Numbered from the stretch's first letter, positions 41,678-53,732 are shown. The stretch: 64,000 nucleotides of DNA from an uncultured Clostridia bacterium (GCA_944383415.1 CALWPK010000005.1:2860-66859), one strand, 5' to 3'. The notes: a model not told the origin generated them from the letters alone. A program made the numbers and translations.

Positions 41678-42099
41678 AAATTTGTCATTTTTGATGTATT
41701 TTTTCTGTTTTTTATCAATTTTTCAATTAAAAAGAAAATAATAACATTTATTTATTTTGGAATTCTTAAATAGAAAATTTGGTGCAAGTCTATGTTTTAT
41801 CATTAGTTTTTAAGTATTATTTTAGCATTTATAATAATGTAATGAATTTGTATTATACTCTACTAGATTTCTGTTATATTGTGATGTAATCTTTTCAAAA
41901 GGTTAAATTCTAGATTAAAGTTTCGATTTGCAATGAAACAAATATTAAACGTCAGATGATCACGGCGATATGATTTGGCAATTTGTTTTTTGATACTGTC
42001 TCGATATTCAATTATACGTACATATTTCAAAACGAAGCATATTCGCAAAGATTATATTGCAAAAGAAATAAATTAAAATTTATTTTAGTTTTGTTTTAT

Positions 42100-42128
42100 T
42101 TGACAGCATTGATTTAAAAATATATAAT
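42100..42128 (+). promoter_or_regulatory. Sigma-A promoter of the giant gene
   Basis: Perfect TTGACA-17-TATAAT. Confidence 0.8.
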
Positions 42129-42224
42129 TATTTTGTAGGATTTTGTAGATAATAAGATTAACGTGGTCGAACTCTTACTACGTCTACGTCAATTGTTATC
42201 TAAAAAGTATTTAGGTAGGGGAAA

Positions 42225-45200
42225 ATGGCGAAAAAAATTTTTAAAGTAATAGGGATAGTTGTCGCAAGCATCATACTATTTGTGGGTGCAGTTTTTGGCG
42301 TGATGGCATTGATGGGTAAATTTAGGACGCCAGACGTTTATCCAGACAGATTGCAGTTTTTAGAGAACGAGCAAACTATTGTATATCGTGAAGAAGATTC
42401 AGAAAGGATATATTCATTTGTGCTGAACGGATTTTCTGACGATCAAGATTATGAGGTGAATCAAAAAGATTGTTATATCTATTTTGTAAATAATACTGGT
42501 GCTGATTTGATTACGCTCTGTGATCGAAATGGAGAGGCACTAACTTCCGAAAACAATCGCTACAGCATTGAATGCAACGAATATGTGTATTATAGAATAA
42601 AGCCAGTGAGCGAATCGGATTTTTCTCAGGACACTTATGGGAAAGTTGTTTTGCAGGCGCGTGATTCTCGCAGTCAGGTGCAGTCAAATGTTTTGACCAT
42701 CTGGATTGATAGAGAAGTGTCTGACCTGCGTCTTGATTATGCAGATAGTTCGACTTTTGAGGGAGAGCAGGAATTGACAATTGGAGTTGGCGTTTCATTG
42801 GATTTCGTATATGATGCAGATCCTATTCATTCGCTAAACCCTATTAGTAGAGAAAGTGAAGGCAAAATTGTAGAGTTATATTATGATGATCCTAATGAAG
42901 CGGACTATGTTCCAATCAATCAGGATACATATTCAAGGTATCCATTCATAAATTATGATAGTGATACTCAAGAATATACTTTTTTGTCAGATACTGCAGG
43001 AATATACGAGTTTAAAATTGCTGTATTTGCGACATATCAGGAAAGAGTTGATTATTTGAATAGTGATTATGCACAGACAGATTCATATTTTGAACGTATT
43101 TCAAATATGGTGAACACAACACTTATTCTTAATGTCGTCAATTCTGATATATCTAGTGTAGGAATGAGTCTATCAGGCGTGGGATTGAATCTTTATTCGG
43201 ACAATAACTATATTACACTCTCAGGCGAGTCTGGTGTGGAAGGTGCCAACGATAACAATCTAGGGCTTTATATGATTCAAAATGGATCGGCAACAACTGC
43301 TCGATTCAATGAAGTAGATTTCAATTTGCATCAAGAAGACAATTGGCTGTATGAAGATATAGTATTCACGTCAGATGATGAAACTAAGACTATCAGGTTC
43401 AATCAAAACTCCGCATCCATCACAGGATTTGGTGCTTATGACAATACTTATAGTATCAGTTTTACAACAAATAGTAATATTATCAACCTTATAGATAATT
43501 TGACAGGTATGATTGTTTTGCGTCTAAACTACACTTTAGGCAATATTTTGCCAGAGGTAAATACGACAATTATTGATTCAATTAGTTGCGAATATGAAAC
43601 TGAAACAATCAATTTCACCTGTTCAACGGGGGCATCATTCCTACAAGACAACTATGATGGTACTTATACTATCAAGGCGTTGAGGAGCGGAAGTTATCTA
43701 GAATTTTATATTTACGACACTCAAACAATGCAATACTCTAGAGCCTATGTGTTTGACTATTCAGTTACATCTCTAGGCAGTGGAGAGACAAAATCTTGGA
43801 ATATTATAGCAAAGAATACCCTTGAGTTGAGTGATACTCAAAATTTGGTTTTGGGCATCTTGGTTGTCAACAACAATGGAGGGGCACATTTCGCCTCTTC
43901 TGGTGTGACAATTAATCCTGTGGAATTGACATTCGGATTTGTCAGCGAAAATCAAACTCACAATCTACAAGTAGGATATGAAAGAGATCAAAATCAAAAT
44001 TATCAGGTTATTTATCCTGAATTAGATTTTAAGGATATTGTCACCATCACCAATGGTAGTTATGACGCGTGCGTATTTGTTACTCCTAAAATCGCGGATG
44101 AAAACGCTGAAGTATATGATATAGATGTCATCGAAGGTATGACATTCGTAGACGCATTGGGTAATGAATATGTCCTGGTAGGATATATTGAGGCTGACCA
44201 TTATGTAAATAAGGTAAGGGTGCGTTCAGGTGCGGTCAATTCAAATACTCCTATCTATATGATACAATTGAGAAATCAATATGATCAGACTGCCGACGAG
44301 TATATTCAAGCGATTTTTGAAAATGAGCAAAACAATATTATATTAAGATATTCGATCCTGATGCAAGACGCGGAAGGTGTCACTGCTACAAAATATGTAG
44401 ATATTACAATGTTCAACAAGGAATTAACCGCTTCTTTGTCAGACAACTCTGCAACTGTTGATAATATAGCAGTTGTAAACGGCGATTTAGTCGTTACGAT
44501 AAATGCTAAAGAGTATATTTGTACCTTCGAGTCAGTTTCTAGAAATGGTGCAGATGTATGCCTATATAATAGGCAAAATCAAGATGCTGAAATGGTGGCA
44601 GATATCGTAAATAGTTACATTACAGATGATAGGAGTGTGACGATTAATGTTAGTTACACTTTACTGTCAAACGAAATAGTATTCAACTATAATCCGGGCT
44701 CAGTAAATAATGTTCCATCTCCAGAGGGTGGCGACACATTTGTCAACATCGTAGATGGAGATGTGTTCATAGTGGAGAATACGACATCGCATACTCTCAC
44801 TTTGACCTCAAATGTACCTAATATGTTGCGAGATATTTACAATGCGGGAGGATTCACTCTTGAAAATATACATATATATATGTACAATGCATCGGGCTCA
44901 ATAATATCTCAAAATTCTAATGCTCTTGAAATTCAGAACTTGGAATACGTGGCAGATAGTTTGGTTGTAACATACAATAGTGCAAGTGCATTGTCAAACA
45001 CCGATTCGTATCTAAAAATTGTTTTAGAGTATAATGGAGAGCAAATTGTAACCGATAGCAAAATATATATAGAAAGCACAATCGCTACAGATATTCAATT
45101 CAAATACATAGATGAAAACGATTTGGTCAACACTGTTACATTGTCGCAAACTCCGGATGATGCATTAAATTCAACATTTTATATTGAAGTAGAAATTTCA

Positions 45201-48200
45201 TATAATGTGAATGCTAATGATGGTTTGGGTGGATATGAATATAGATATTTTATTGTAAATAATTCAGATTCTAGCAATCCGGTTAGAAAAGAGATTCACG
45301 CGCTTGAATTGAGTCAAAAATTATTCAATGTCTCAACGAATGGAGAAATCTCAGAAGGATTCCAAGTATTGCCTGCAATAACAGGTATTGACAAAAGTAT
45401 TTCGTATTCATCCAATTCACCGAGCATAATAGACTTTAGTCCAGACACATATAATTTAATCGTCAATAAAATTGGCAAAGCAGTAGCACAAGTGAACTGC
45501 GATGACATCACGAGATATTTTGCAATTTCAGTAATGACCGAACAATCAAATGGTGACAGCAACTTTACTCTTAGCGATCTATCAGGAGGATTGGGAGAAG
45601 ATTATACTGAAGAATTGTCAGTATCATTGAGTGATTTCATTTCGTATTCATACAACGACAATGGCTCTGAAATGGCGCTTAAGACAAATGCTCAATTTGT
45701 ATCTATTGAAAATGTTGAGGTTGTTCAATTTGGTGGAGACAGCGAGTTGGAGGTCGTCATAGATTCGAACAACAACATATATATAATGGTGGTACAAGAC
45801 ACTCCTGAGGGTGAAGAGGGTGATGAAGGTACTGACGAGGATGGTACTATTGATAATAGTCTAGTGGTGCTAGCAATAGAGAGCGATGAGAATTCGTGGA
45901 AATTCACGCGTGTAAATTATTTATACGCAGGGCTAGTGATTAGATTTGATATTAATATTAAAACAAACGAAACAATCACTTATGAATTGACTTTCTCTTC
46001 GAGTGTCGAAATAAATATAAATCTAGATTGGGAGAATTTCTATCAGGGTACAACAGTGTTGCTGTATGAAGAAAGTGAAACTGGCACCACATCAAATAAT
46101 CCAATTTTCAGAATCAAAAATTCAATTTCAGAAGGTGTTGGCATCACTTGTCAAGTTTATATCAATGATAGTGAAATGCCGAATCTAATAGAAAATCAAG
46201 AATTTACATTCTCTGAAGTGGGAACATATAGATTCAGTTTCTTGCACAATAATTCTGAATTGAGTTCATATACGATTAACGTATCGCCAAATGTAATTGC
46301 ATTGATTAATTCCAGTGAATTTAATGGAGGAGATACATATAATTACAGCGATTTTGTGTCTTTAAAGAGTTTCAAAACTGGTGTCGTATACGGCTTGAAT
46401 TCTGTCGGTGTATACCCTGAAACAGACGATTATTTAGACGATGTCAGCGACTATACGAACCTAACTCTAAATTTGATGCAAGGTACAAGCATCACAATAG
46501 GCGACAATTCGACATTCACAGTTGGTTGGATAGAAAATATCGGTGAAGAGTTCAACGAAGACATTAGAGTTTGTTTCAACTATACAGTCGGAAATACGAA
46601 TAGAAGTGTGGATCTAGTGGAAACTCAAATCACTTTGAAGAATAAATATGTGATTTCAAGAGAAACGCAAGGAGATCAATATCCTGAATATATAGATCAA
46701 ACCTATAATTTAATGTCAAATATAAACTACAATACGTTCGTAGAGATATTGGACAATCCTCAGTTTACATTGTCATCAATACAGTCAAATATTTCAAATT
46801 TAGACTTTAGCGTCGCTACAGGAGGCATTTTCAGGTTGACAACGAATCTATCGTCAAGTCAAGATAATGTGGTGCTGACCTTCACATTCGTAGACGACGA
46901 AGGGCGCAGACTAATTTATACCTCGTCTTTGAATGCAGATGATTATTCTATAGATTTGGTTCCTTTATCTCCAGACGAAATAGATTCCATCGCATATTCT
47001 GGCACGACGTCTTCTAATGCATTTGATTTGTTGAATGACCTCTATGATTTGGATGGATTGCTTGTAAAATTAGGTGCAGATAGAGGCATTATCTCAAGCG
47101 TTTTAGTCTCAGGAGTGAGCGATCCTACAGTGTTTGCTGACACCACATTCATAGGTAGCGGATACTTGGGCATTCAAAATTACGGAGCGTATGCTGTCAT
47201 CAATGAAATAGATGGGAATTCTAGAACGGTTTCAATCACGTATGTGATCACATATAATGATGGCGTGGAATACGAATTTACGCGCGAACTTTTGATTCGC
47301 AATAGACAATATATCACTATAACCACTCCATTTGTAGACTCAACCCTTACAGGTACGACCACATCGTATGTATTCGTGGGAGACGATGGCAGTACGGATG
47401 CTGAAAACTTGTTGGGTGTATATCAGGATGAAAATACATATTCAATCACGATTCAAAATATCAACAATATTGATTACTACTTTGAGCCAGTGAATATTGG
47501 TCAGACGATCAACTTTAGATATGATGAAATCCAATCGGTTGGAAGAGTTAATATATTCAATTCGCAAGACGCAAGTATAGATCCTAATGCCGATTTTAGT
47601 ATTGAATTGATCGCGCGTCAAAACAATGCAAACACATTAAATTATTTCAACAACAATCAAATTATTATTGATAATGAGAACAAGACGGTTAGATTCAATC
47701 AGCATTCAAGTTTTGGAAGCAATACGTATGGATATTTTATCTTCAAATTGACTTCTGAATCGGGTGCTGTGGCATATTATTTTGTATATCTATATAATCA
47801 AACGAATACAAGTTATAATAATGTAGATTATACTAATACGCATATCGTCAATTCAAATATAGATACTCAAACTCCAAATAATTTCTTAAATGCAGAAAAT
47901 GCCACATTCTTGGGATTATCTATAAACCAAGAATTCTTCAACACAAATTACAATGCTAGCATCAACTATGCCAACGTAGATTTCTACCTATTAGATGCTG
48001 AAATGTTAGATGGAAATTTCTATGATTTGGCGGGTGGAGAATACAATAGATATTCGAAACTGGATGATCAAGAGATTCCTGAGATATTGAATTATACTTA
48101 TCTAAAAATCGGTCTTTTGTTCAATTCTGGTACAGTGAAATTCTACATTGGCGCGTTAGAAGTATATGTCCTACCTTTGTACGAAGAAACTGTGACTGGA

Positions 48201-51200
48201 GATGTGTCTCAAATGATCAGCGGAATAGATTCAGGCGAATACACTAAGACTCTCAATACAGATGTTGACAGTTATGAAATACCATTTGCCAATGTAAATA
48301 ACAGATTTAATAATGATGACTTTGCAGGCAATTGGTCGGCAGAAATAGAGGCAAAAGATGACAGTTTTGACTATACTAGCAATTCAATAAGTTCAAATGG
48401 TGTCTCTATTGTTACTTTGAATGGAACTAGTGTAGTTTTGAATAGTTATGTGAACAATCAAGACCTTCAATTTACTGTGAGATATATCTATTCAGTTGGC
48501 GTAAATACATTCGTTGTGAAAGTGCATTACACTTATGAACAAATCGATATCAACACGACACCTGCAACTGTGACAGTCGGCACTTTTATCTTGAATAATG
48601 AAGATCAAAATGGTGCGGTCAATAGTTATTTCAACAATCTATTGGATCTATCTACAATCATTGGCAATTACAAAAAAGAAATCACAATTCTATACGCAGG
48701 AGAAGAATGTGCCAAAATCAATTTAAGTGACGCAACAGTAGACAAGGTGGGAGACATCATCACATTCAATAATGGTTGCGGTATGCGATATGTATATCAA
48801 GAAAATAAGCATTATCTAGAGTTTGATCAAACGATAGCCGATTATAGTGAGCAATTTGTCATCCGATTCGACAATATCCTAGACGCGGACAACAGTGTAT
48901 ATACCAAAACTATTACAGTGAATGTTGCTAGTGGGTTATATTATAATCAACCTAATTCTGGCGTTGGAAATAGTGAAAATAATCCATTAAATTCCACTTT
49001 GAACTCCAATCAATTATATCAAAACATTACAGGTAGCCAAATTACGATCAATTCAAGTTCAAATTCAACTACGGGCGTGACGAGATATTATGTGGGAGGA
49101 TTGAATATTTACACTAATGTTGCTAGTACACTTGAAGTCTCATTCTCAGACTCTAAATATATTTCAGGTTTGACTGGGGAGATGATGACAATAGATAACA
49201 CGGGCAATATCAACTTCACCCATACGGCAGAGGACAAATTGTTGACTCTGAGAATAAGTGTGAAGTCAGGTGATGATTATTATCTTATCAGCAGTGGAGA
49301 GCCACTAGAGTTGAATTTCTATGTCAATGCTATTAGGACGTATGCGGGAATTGTTGCTACATACTACACCGACGGAGCGAATCACGAAAATGTTGTGAGT
49401 GGATATGTTATTAGAGATATCTATTCTGAATTGTTTACAGATATCGCTGAATACGATCAAAACATTGTAGATATAGTCAATTCAAGCAAGATAATCAATG
49501 AAAAGCGTATAGCATTAATAGATCTTGAAGGTAATTATGTCCTCGATTATACAGCAAGTGCGATCGGATTCACAGATAGTTCAAATCCTAATTACATCAA
49601 TTTTAGTGTTGGAGAAAATATTGTGTATTCAAATGAAAATCGACAAATGACTTTTTCTAATGTCACTACCAACACTTTGGCAAATCTGTATCTTTCAAAT
49701 GATAGCGGAGTCAATAGCACCATCTACTCTTATCAGATAATGAGTAGCAGTGAGTATCGTGACGGGCTAGATTATCAAGTTTACACCAATGGCACGATGG
49801 ATAACAAAGAATACGTTGCTCTATTAATTGAAGATGAAAGTTCATCCAATCCATTTGTATATGGCGAAACGACCACTGAAAATGGTCAAACTGTATTGCT
49901 AGGCAATCACGTAGCAACATTGATGGACGGAAACAATAGCGTGTTCTATATAACAGATTTGAATATATATCTAAATGATTCAAGAGTGACAACGTACAAT
50001 GTCGCAAAATTAGATCGAGTGGAATCGAGCGAATATCCAGACGATATCGTATATATAATATCAAATATAAACAACACGAATATGAGTGTAACTATCAGAT
50101 TAGGTACTGGCAGACGGTTATATGTCGGACTTGAAAGAAATAGCGGAGATCCATTCAGAACATTATCAATTGAAATGTCAATATATGGCGATAGTGGGAA
50201 TTTGATTTCAATTTATGATACCGATTCATTTACAACAAAGACATTTGAAATTAAATTTTACAACTATACGCTAGAAAGTGATTATACCACCTCTTACGAT
50301 TCGATTTATGCTACAAATTATATAGATCTATCAGATAAAATTTCGATTAAATCAAATATTGAATCTGTAGATGGTGAAAATGCTTATATCTCATTGAGCA
50401 ACGCAGACCTTGTGACAGGCAATAGTGAGGGGGCTAGTTATTATATCATCAGCGGTAATAGGCACTATATTACGGATATAAATAACAATATCTTTGACTA
50501 TTACAAAAGCACATCAGATACGCAAATGAATTTGATAATGACAAAGGCTGTCGGAGTCAACATTAGCGTATGCTTAATATTCAAAGTGTCAGACGAAGAA
50601 GGATATTTCATAGGGGATATTCAATATAATTTCTTACTAAGACCAAACTTCGAATTTAGAGTAAATGACGGCACGCTAACTAGCGGAGACGATGAATTTT
50701 ATACAGACTATTTGTTGACGTCCGACAAATTAGGAAATACTTCGACATTCCATTATGTAGAAGATCTATCGGATGCAAATGCTGAGCAAAATGTTCAAAT
50801 TGAGATTGATGATGTGGTTTATAATACCAATTTGAAATTGGAATTGTATACCGCAGATGGCACGAATCAAAAGATCACAGATATTAGAAGCAGTTTGACT
50901 ATCACTGAAACATCTAGTTGGGGAGACAGGTATATCAACATTGATGACTTTGTACTGACTTTGTCCAAAGATTTGTCTGGATTATTGATGCTTCGTCTAG
51001 ACATCAATTTAGGAGCAAATGGAACATATACAGTATATTGGAACATTAATATATTAGGATTCGTTAGTTTGCAGTATAAGTCAGTGATCTTGGGTGAAAA
51101 TAATATTTTAAGTCATTCTAATGGTGAAGCGTTCTCTTCTGGAACTGAGGTGGCAATCATCAGCACCACTTCGAATGATCAAACAGGTATATTGATGTCA

Positions 51201-53237
51201 AACACGGAAGGCACACTCAATCAAAATCCTTCTATTGCAAACAACTTTACTATCACAAGCATTACAGGTAGATATGCGATCGTACCGTTCACTGAATCTA
51301 TAGATGCGGATGAGGCATTTGATTCTGCGGGTGACAACTTTGATGCGGGCTTGAATTACAACACATACATATTGAGCAACAATACTGTTTCAGTCGTTTT
51401 GCCGAGTGTAGCACAGTCTAGCGGTCCAAACTATGAATACTATAATGTAATTTATAGGATAGCATATACCTATCTCAATCAAACTACAGATTACTATTAT
51501 GTGACATACAAAGTCTACAACAGTGCGTCAGTGAATGTGAATACCAACTTCACTATTGTGGATGTGGATACTGATACGGTCGATGATCAACTAGACCTAT
51601 TCTATTACGCTGAAACTTATGTTGGTACTAGCAATAATGAAAATACTGTTACATTGCATCTAAACAGAAACAAAGACATAGTGGCAGAGGTAAGGTTGAC
51701 TGGTGCATATTCGGGATATAATGGAACGTATACTCGTGTTGCCAATAGCACAACAGATTATTCTAATGGAATCAATACAATACGTATTAGTTTAAGCAAC
51801 AATATTTATACTATTTCTGTTTTGAGCAGTGAAATATCTTTGACGGCAAATAGGACAGTCATCACCCATAGCACTTACTACAATCAATCTGAGATAGTCA
51901 ATGGATCAATATTTAATAGCGAATATAGTAGCATAGACGACTTCAAGACGTTCATAAGTTCGATTGACAGTATCAGATTGTCAAATATGACAGGCTTCAC
52001 TGGCTCGAATACGGCTATTTATTACGCATTAGAATATTTGAATGTATCCAATTCTGGCGTATTTGGAATTAAATTGGATGAACCAAAGACAGATTCAAGT
52101 CTTGGCACAAGTTATAATGAAAAGTTATTCAACAATGAATTGATAGCGGACCTTGATGTAATTGCTAGTGGAAATTCTATCATTCATATTGAAAAATATG
52201 ATGACAATTCAAATCTAGGATTCAAATTGACCACATCTAATGCAATCACTCCAAAAGGGCAATTCAGAGTGCGAGATATATTCTTGCCTACTCAGTGTAG
52301 TTCTACATCATTCTTAGATTATGTGGTGGTGGGTGTATATTCTACATCGGCAAGTTCAAATTGGGTAAATAACGCATCTAGCGTCAGTGTAATCAATAAC
52401 AATGTAGGTACAATCAACGTGAATGGAACGGATTACATTTTGTGTCAATTGCGATTCAGTGGATCTTCGGATAGTCTATATAATCTAGTGACCACGAATT
52501 ACTATGCGATCTACACATCTAGTGGAAACATAGTCACAGTTGACTACGGCACCAACATTCAATCATATTTCTTCCAAGTTAATTACACCAATTCGGATTC
52601 AGTCTTGGATCTATACGGCAAATTTGCTACGTATCAAAACTCATCTGACGGAACATTGACGAAAACTCCATATTCTAGCGGTTCCGCAACATTAAATTCA
52701 GTTTTAGAGACAGACACTGAGTATAGTGCAATTTCTTATGATGCTGGAAGATATAGATATATCACCGTCACGAAAGAGACTTTGAGACTTTACAAAAATA
52801 GTCATCCAACTGCTACTGCGTTGAGCTTGAATTATTCCGCCACATATAATGGAAAATCATTGACATTCAGAGTTGACTTTCAACTTCCTGAATATCCGTT
52901 CGTGGAAAACACGATGTCAGGAACAGACGATATAACTGTCAATCTATTGAGCAATGGTTTGATGGTATATGATACCAATGGAGATTTGGTGGAATTGACT
53001 AACGAAAATATCAATATGGTATCTTCAATTATTGAAAATGGTACAAACTATATTAGAGAAATTGTATCTAACAATAGCGATTACACTGGAGAGATTATAT
53101 TGAATGGGCAATTGGTCAATCAATACTTCACCAACAATCCTAGTGCTAGCCAATTGTCGATAAGACTAACTTTGACGACGGGTACAATGCTAGAAACTCA
53201 GCGAGATCTTCAATTCAACATAGTGATAACTAAATAG
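42225..53237 (+). CDS. Giant (3670 aa) N-terminally anchored extracellular beta-rich protein
   Basis: 11-kb uninterrupted ORF with an N-terminal hydrophobic helix. N/S/T/D/Y/I-rich with alternating beta-strand patterns; no LPXTG, SLH or C-terminal TM seen. Confidence 0.85.
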   Translation: MAKKIFKVIGIVVASIILFVGAVFGVMALMGKFRTPDVYPDRLQFLENEQTIVYREEDSERIYSFVLNGFSDDQDYEVNQKDCYIYFVNNTGADLITLCDRNGEALTSENNRYSIECNEYVYYRIKPVSESDFSQDTYGKVVLQARDSRSQVQSNVLTIWIDREVSDLRLDYADSSTFEGEQELTIGVGVSLDFVYDADPIHSLNPISRESEGKIVELYYDDPNEADYVPINQDTYSRYPFINYDSDTQEYTFLSDTAGIYEFKIAVFATYQERVDYLNSDYAQTDSYFERISNMVNTTLILNVVNSDISSVGMSLSGVGLNLYSDNNYITLSGESGVEGANDNNLGLYMIQNGSATTARFNEVDFNLHQEDNWLYEDIVFTSDDETKTIRFNQNSASITGFGAYDNTYSISFTTNSNIINLIDNLTGMIVLRLNYTLGNILPEVNTTIIDSISCEYETETINFTCSTGASFLQDNYDGTYTIKALRSGSYLEFYIYDTQTMQYSRAYVFDYSVTSLGSGETKSWNIIAKNTLELSDTQNLVLGILVVNNNGGAHFASSGVTINPVELTFGFVSENQTHNLQVGYERDQNQNYQVIYPELDFKDIVTITNGSYDACVFVTPKIADENAEVYDIDVIEGMTFVDALGNEYVLVGYIEADHYVNKVRVRSGAVNSNTPIYMIQLRNQYDQTADEYIQAIFENEQNNIILRYSILMQDAEGVTATKYVDITMFNKELTASLSDNSATVDNIAVVNGDLVVTINAKEYICTFESVSRNGADVCLYNRQNQDAEMVADIVNSYITDDRSVTINVSYTLLSNEIVFNYNPGSVNNVPSPEGGDTFVNIVDGDVFIVENTTSHTLTLTSNVPNMLRDIYNAGGFTLENIHIYMYNASGSIISQNSNALEIQNLEYVADSLVVTYNSASALSNTDSYLKIVLEYNGEQIVTDSKIYIESTIATDIQFKYIDENDLVNTVTLSQTPDDALNSTFYIEVEISYNVNANDGLGGYEYRYFIVNNSDSSNPVRKEIHALELSQKLFNVSTNGEISEGFQVLPAITGIDKSISYSSNSPSIIDFSPDTYNLIVNKIGKAVAQVNCDDITRYFAISVMTEQSNGDSNFTLSDLSGGLGEDYTEELSVSLSDFISYSYNDNGSEMALKTNAQFVSIENVEVVQFGGDSELEVVIDSNNNIYIMVVQDTPEGEEGDEGTDEDGTIDNSLVVLAIESDENSWKFTRVNYLYAGLVIRFDINIKTNETITYELTFSSSVEININLDWENFYQGTTVLLYEESETGTTSNNPIFRIKNSISEGVGITCQVYINDSEMPNLIENQEFTFSEVGTYRFSFLHNNSELSSYTINVSPNVIALINSSEFNGGDTYNYSDFVSLKSFKTGVVYGLNSVGVYPETDDYLDDVSDYTNLTLNLMQGTSITIGDNSTFTVGWIENIGEEFNEDIRVCFNYTVGNTNRSVDLVETQITLKNKYVISRETQGDQYPEYIDQTYNLMSNINYNTFVEILDNPQFTLSSIQSNISNLDFSVATGGIFRLTTNLSSSQDNVVLTFTFVDDEGRRLIYTSSLNADDYSIDLVPLSPDEIDSIAYSGTTSSNAFDLLNDLYDLDGLLVKLGADRGIISSVLVSGVSDPTVFADTTFIGSGYLGIQNYGAYAVINEIDGNSRTVSITYVITYNDGVEYEFTRELLIRNRQYITITTPFVDSTLTGTTTSYVFVGDDGSTDAENLLGVYQDENTYSITIQNINNIDYYFEPVNIGQTINFRYDEIQSVGRVNIFNSQDASIDPNADFSIELIARQNNANTLNYFNNNQIIIDNENKTVRFNQHSSFGSNTYGYFIFKLTSESGAVAYYFVYLYNQTNTSYNNVDYTNTHIVNSNIDTQTPNNFLNAENATFLGLSINQEFFNTNYNASINYANVDFYLLDAEMLDGNFYDLAGGEYNRYSKLDDQEIPEILNYTYLKIGLLFNSGTVKFYIGALEVYVLPLYEETVTGDVSQMISGIDSGEYTKTLNTDVDSYEIPFANVNNRFNNDDFAGNWSAEIEAKDDSFDYTSNSISSNGVSIVTLNGTSVVLNSYVNNQDLQFTVRYIYSVGVNTFVVKVHYTYEQIDINTTPATVTVGTFILNNEDQNGAVNSYFNNLLDLSTIIGNYKKEITILYAGEECAKINLSDATVDKVGDIITFNNGCGMRYVYQENKHYLEFDQTIADYSEQFVIRFDNILDADNSVYTKTITVNVASGLYYNQPNSGVGNSENNPLNSTLNSNQLYQNITGSQITINSSSNSTTGVTRYYVGGLNIYTNVASTLEVSFSDSKYISGLTGEMMTIDNTGNINFTHTAEDKLLTLRISVKSGDDYYLISSGEPLELNFYVNAIRTYAGIVATYYTDGANHENVVSGYVIRDIYSELFTDIAEYDQNIVDIVNSSKIINEKRIALIDLEGNYVLDYTASAIGFTDSSNPNYINFSVGENIVYSNENRQMTFSNVTTNTLANLYLSNDSGVNSTIYSYQIMSSSEYRDGLDYQVYTNGTMDNKEYVALLIEDESSSNPFVYGETTTENGQTVLLGNHVATLMDGNNSVFYITDLNIYLNDSRVTTYNVAKLDRVESSEYPDDIVYIISNINNTNMSVTIRLGTGRRLYVGLERNSGDPFRTLSIEMSIYGDSGNLISIYDTDSFTTKTFEIKFYNYTLESDYTTSYDSIYATNYIDLSDKISIKSNIESVDGENAYISLSNADLVTGNSEGASYYIISGNRHYITDINNNIFDYYKSTSDTQMNLIMTKAVGVNISVCLIFKVSDEEGYFIGDIQYNFLLRPNFEFRVNDGTLTSGDDEFYTDYLLTSDKLGNTSTFHYVEDLSDANAEQNVQIEIDDVVYNTNLKLELYTADGTNQKITDIRSSLTITETSSWGDRYINIDDFVLTLSKDLSGLLMLRLDINLGANGTYTVYWNINILGFVSLQYKSVILGENNILSHSNGEAFSSGTEVAIISTTSNDQTGILMSNTEGTLNQNPSIANNFTITSITGRYAIVPFTESIDADEAFDSAGDNFDAGLNYNTYILSNNTVSVVLPSVAQSSGPNYEYYNVIYRIAYTYLNQTTDYYYVTYKVYNSASVNVNTNFTIVDVDTDTVDDQLDLFYYAETYVGTSNNENTVTLHLNRNKDIVAEVRLTGAYSGYNGTYTRVANSTTDYSNGINTIRISLSNNIYTISVLSSEISLTANRTVITHSTYYNQSEIVNGSIFNSEYSSIDDFKTFISSIDSIRLSNMTGFTGSNTAIYYALEYLNVSNSGVFGIKLDEPKTDSSLGTSYNEKLFNNELIADLDVIASGNSIIHIEKYDDNSNLGFKLTTSNAITPKGQFRVRDIFLPTQCSSTSFLDYVVVGVYSTSASSNWVNNASSVSVINNNVGTINVNGTDYILCQLRFSGSSDSLYNLVTTNYYAIYTSSGNIVTVDYGTNIQSYFFQVNYTNSDSVLDLYGKFATYQNSSDGTLTKTPYSSGSATLNSVLETDTEYSAISYDAGRYRYITVTKETLRLYKNSHPTATALSLNYSATYNGKSLTFRVDFQLPEYPFVENTMSGTDDITVNLLSNGLMVYDTNGDLVELTNENINMVSSIIENGTNYIREIVSNNSDYTGEIILNGQLVNQYFTNNPSASQLSIRLTLTTGTMLETQRDLQFNIVITK

Positions 53238-53241
53238 AGAT

Positions 53242-53288
53242 AAAAGAATTCGAAATTTTGAAGTTCTCTTCAATTTCGGGTTCTTTTT
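53242..53288 (+). terminator. Intrinsic terminator
   Basis: aagaattcgaaatt...aatttcgggttctt stem followed by a T run. Confidence 0.7.
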
Positions 53289-53486
53289 CTATTACTCTTA
53301 TATGCAAATATGTCATTTATTTTAAATGTTGGTGAATTATATCTGAGCAAATTAATATAAATCAAAATATATTTTAACTTAGTAGATTTTATCAAATTTT
53401 AGTCTGTTTCATTATTAATGATTGAAAATTAGTCAAATTGTTGACAAATCTTCAACTCTTTATTAAAATATATAATAGAGGTGAAT

Positions 53487-53732
53487 ATGTCAGAATTAAA
53501 CTCTGAAGAATTTGAAAACAAATGTATGGATATTATCGAGACAATTGTGGGCATTGACAATCGTATGGATAGAAAAGGTGCTATCAAAGTGGCAGAAAAA
53601 ATGCTAGAAAAAGCGAGGGCTAAAACGAAGAACAAAGAAGTCATCGCAATTTATGAGCGCGTTGTAAAAGAATTTAATATCGCTACTGATACTGAATATG
53701 AGATGTTGAAGAGACAAATTTTTGGTTCATAG
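53487..53732 (+). CDS. Hypothetical helical protein upstream of sepF
   Basis: GAGGTG RBS, TTGACA-17-TAAAAT promoter upstream, stop 7 nt before sepF. Confidence 0.7.
   Translation: MSELNSEEFENKCMDIIETIVGIDNRMDRKGAIKVAEKMLEKARAKTKNKEVIAIYERVVKEFNIATDTEYEMLKRQIFGS

Noticed and set aside
41863-42048. 61-aa minus-strand ORF between rsmA and the giant gene
   Set aside because: TTG start with no RBS and no motif; probably spurious.
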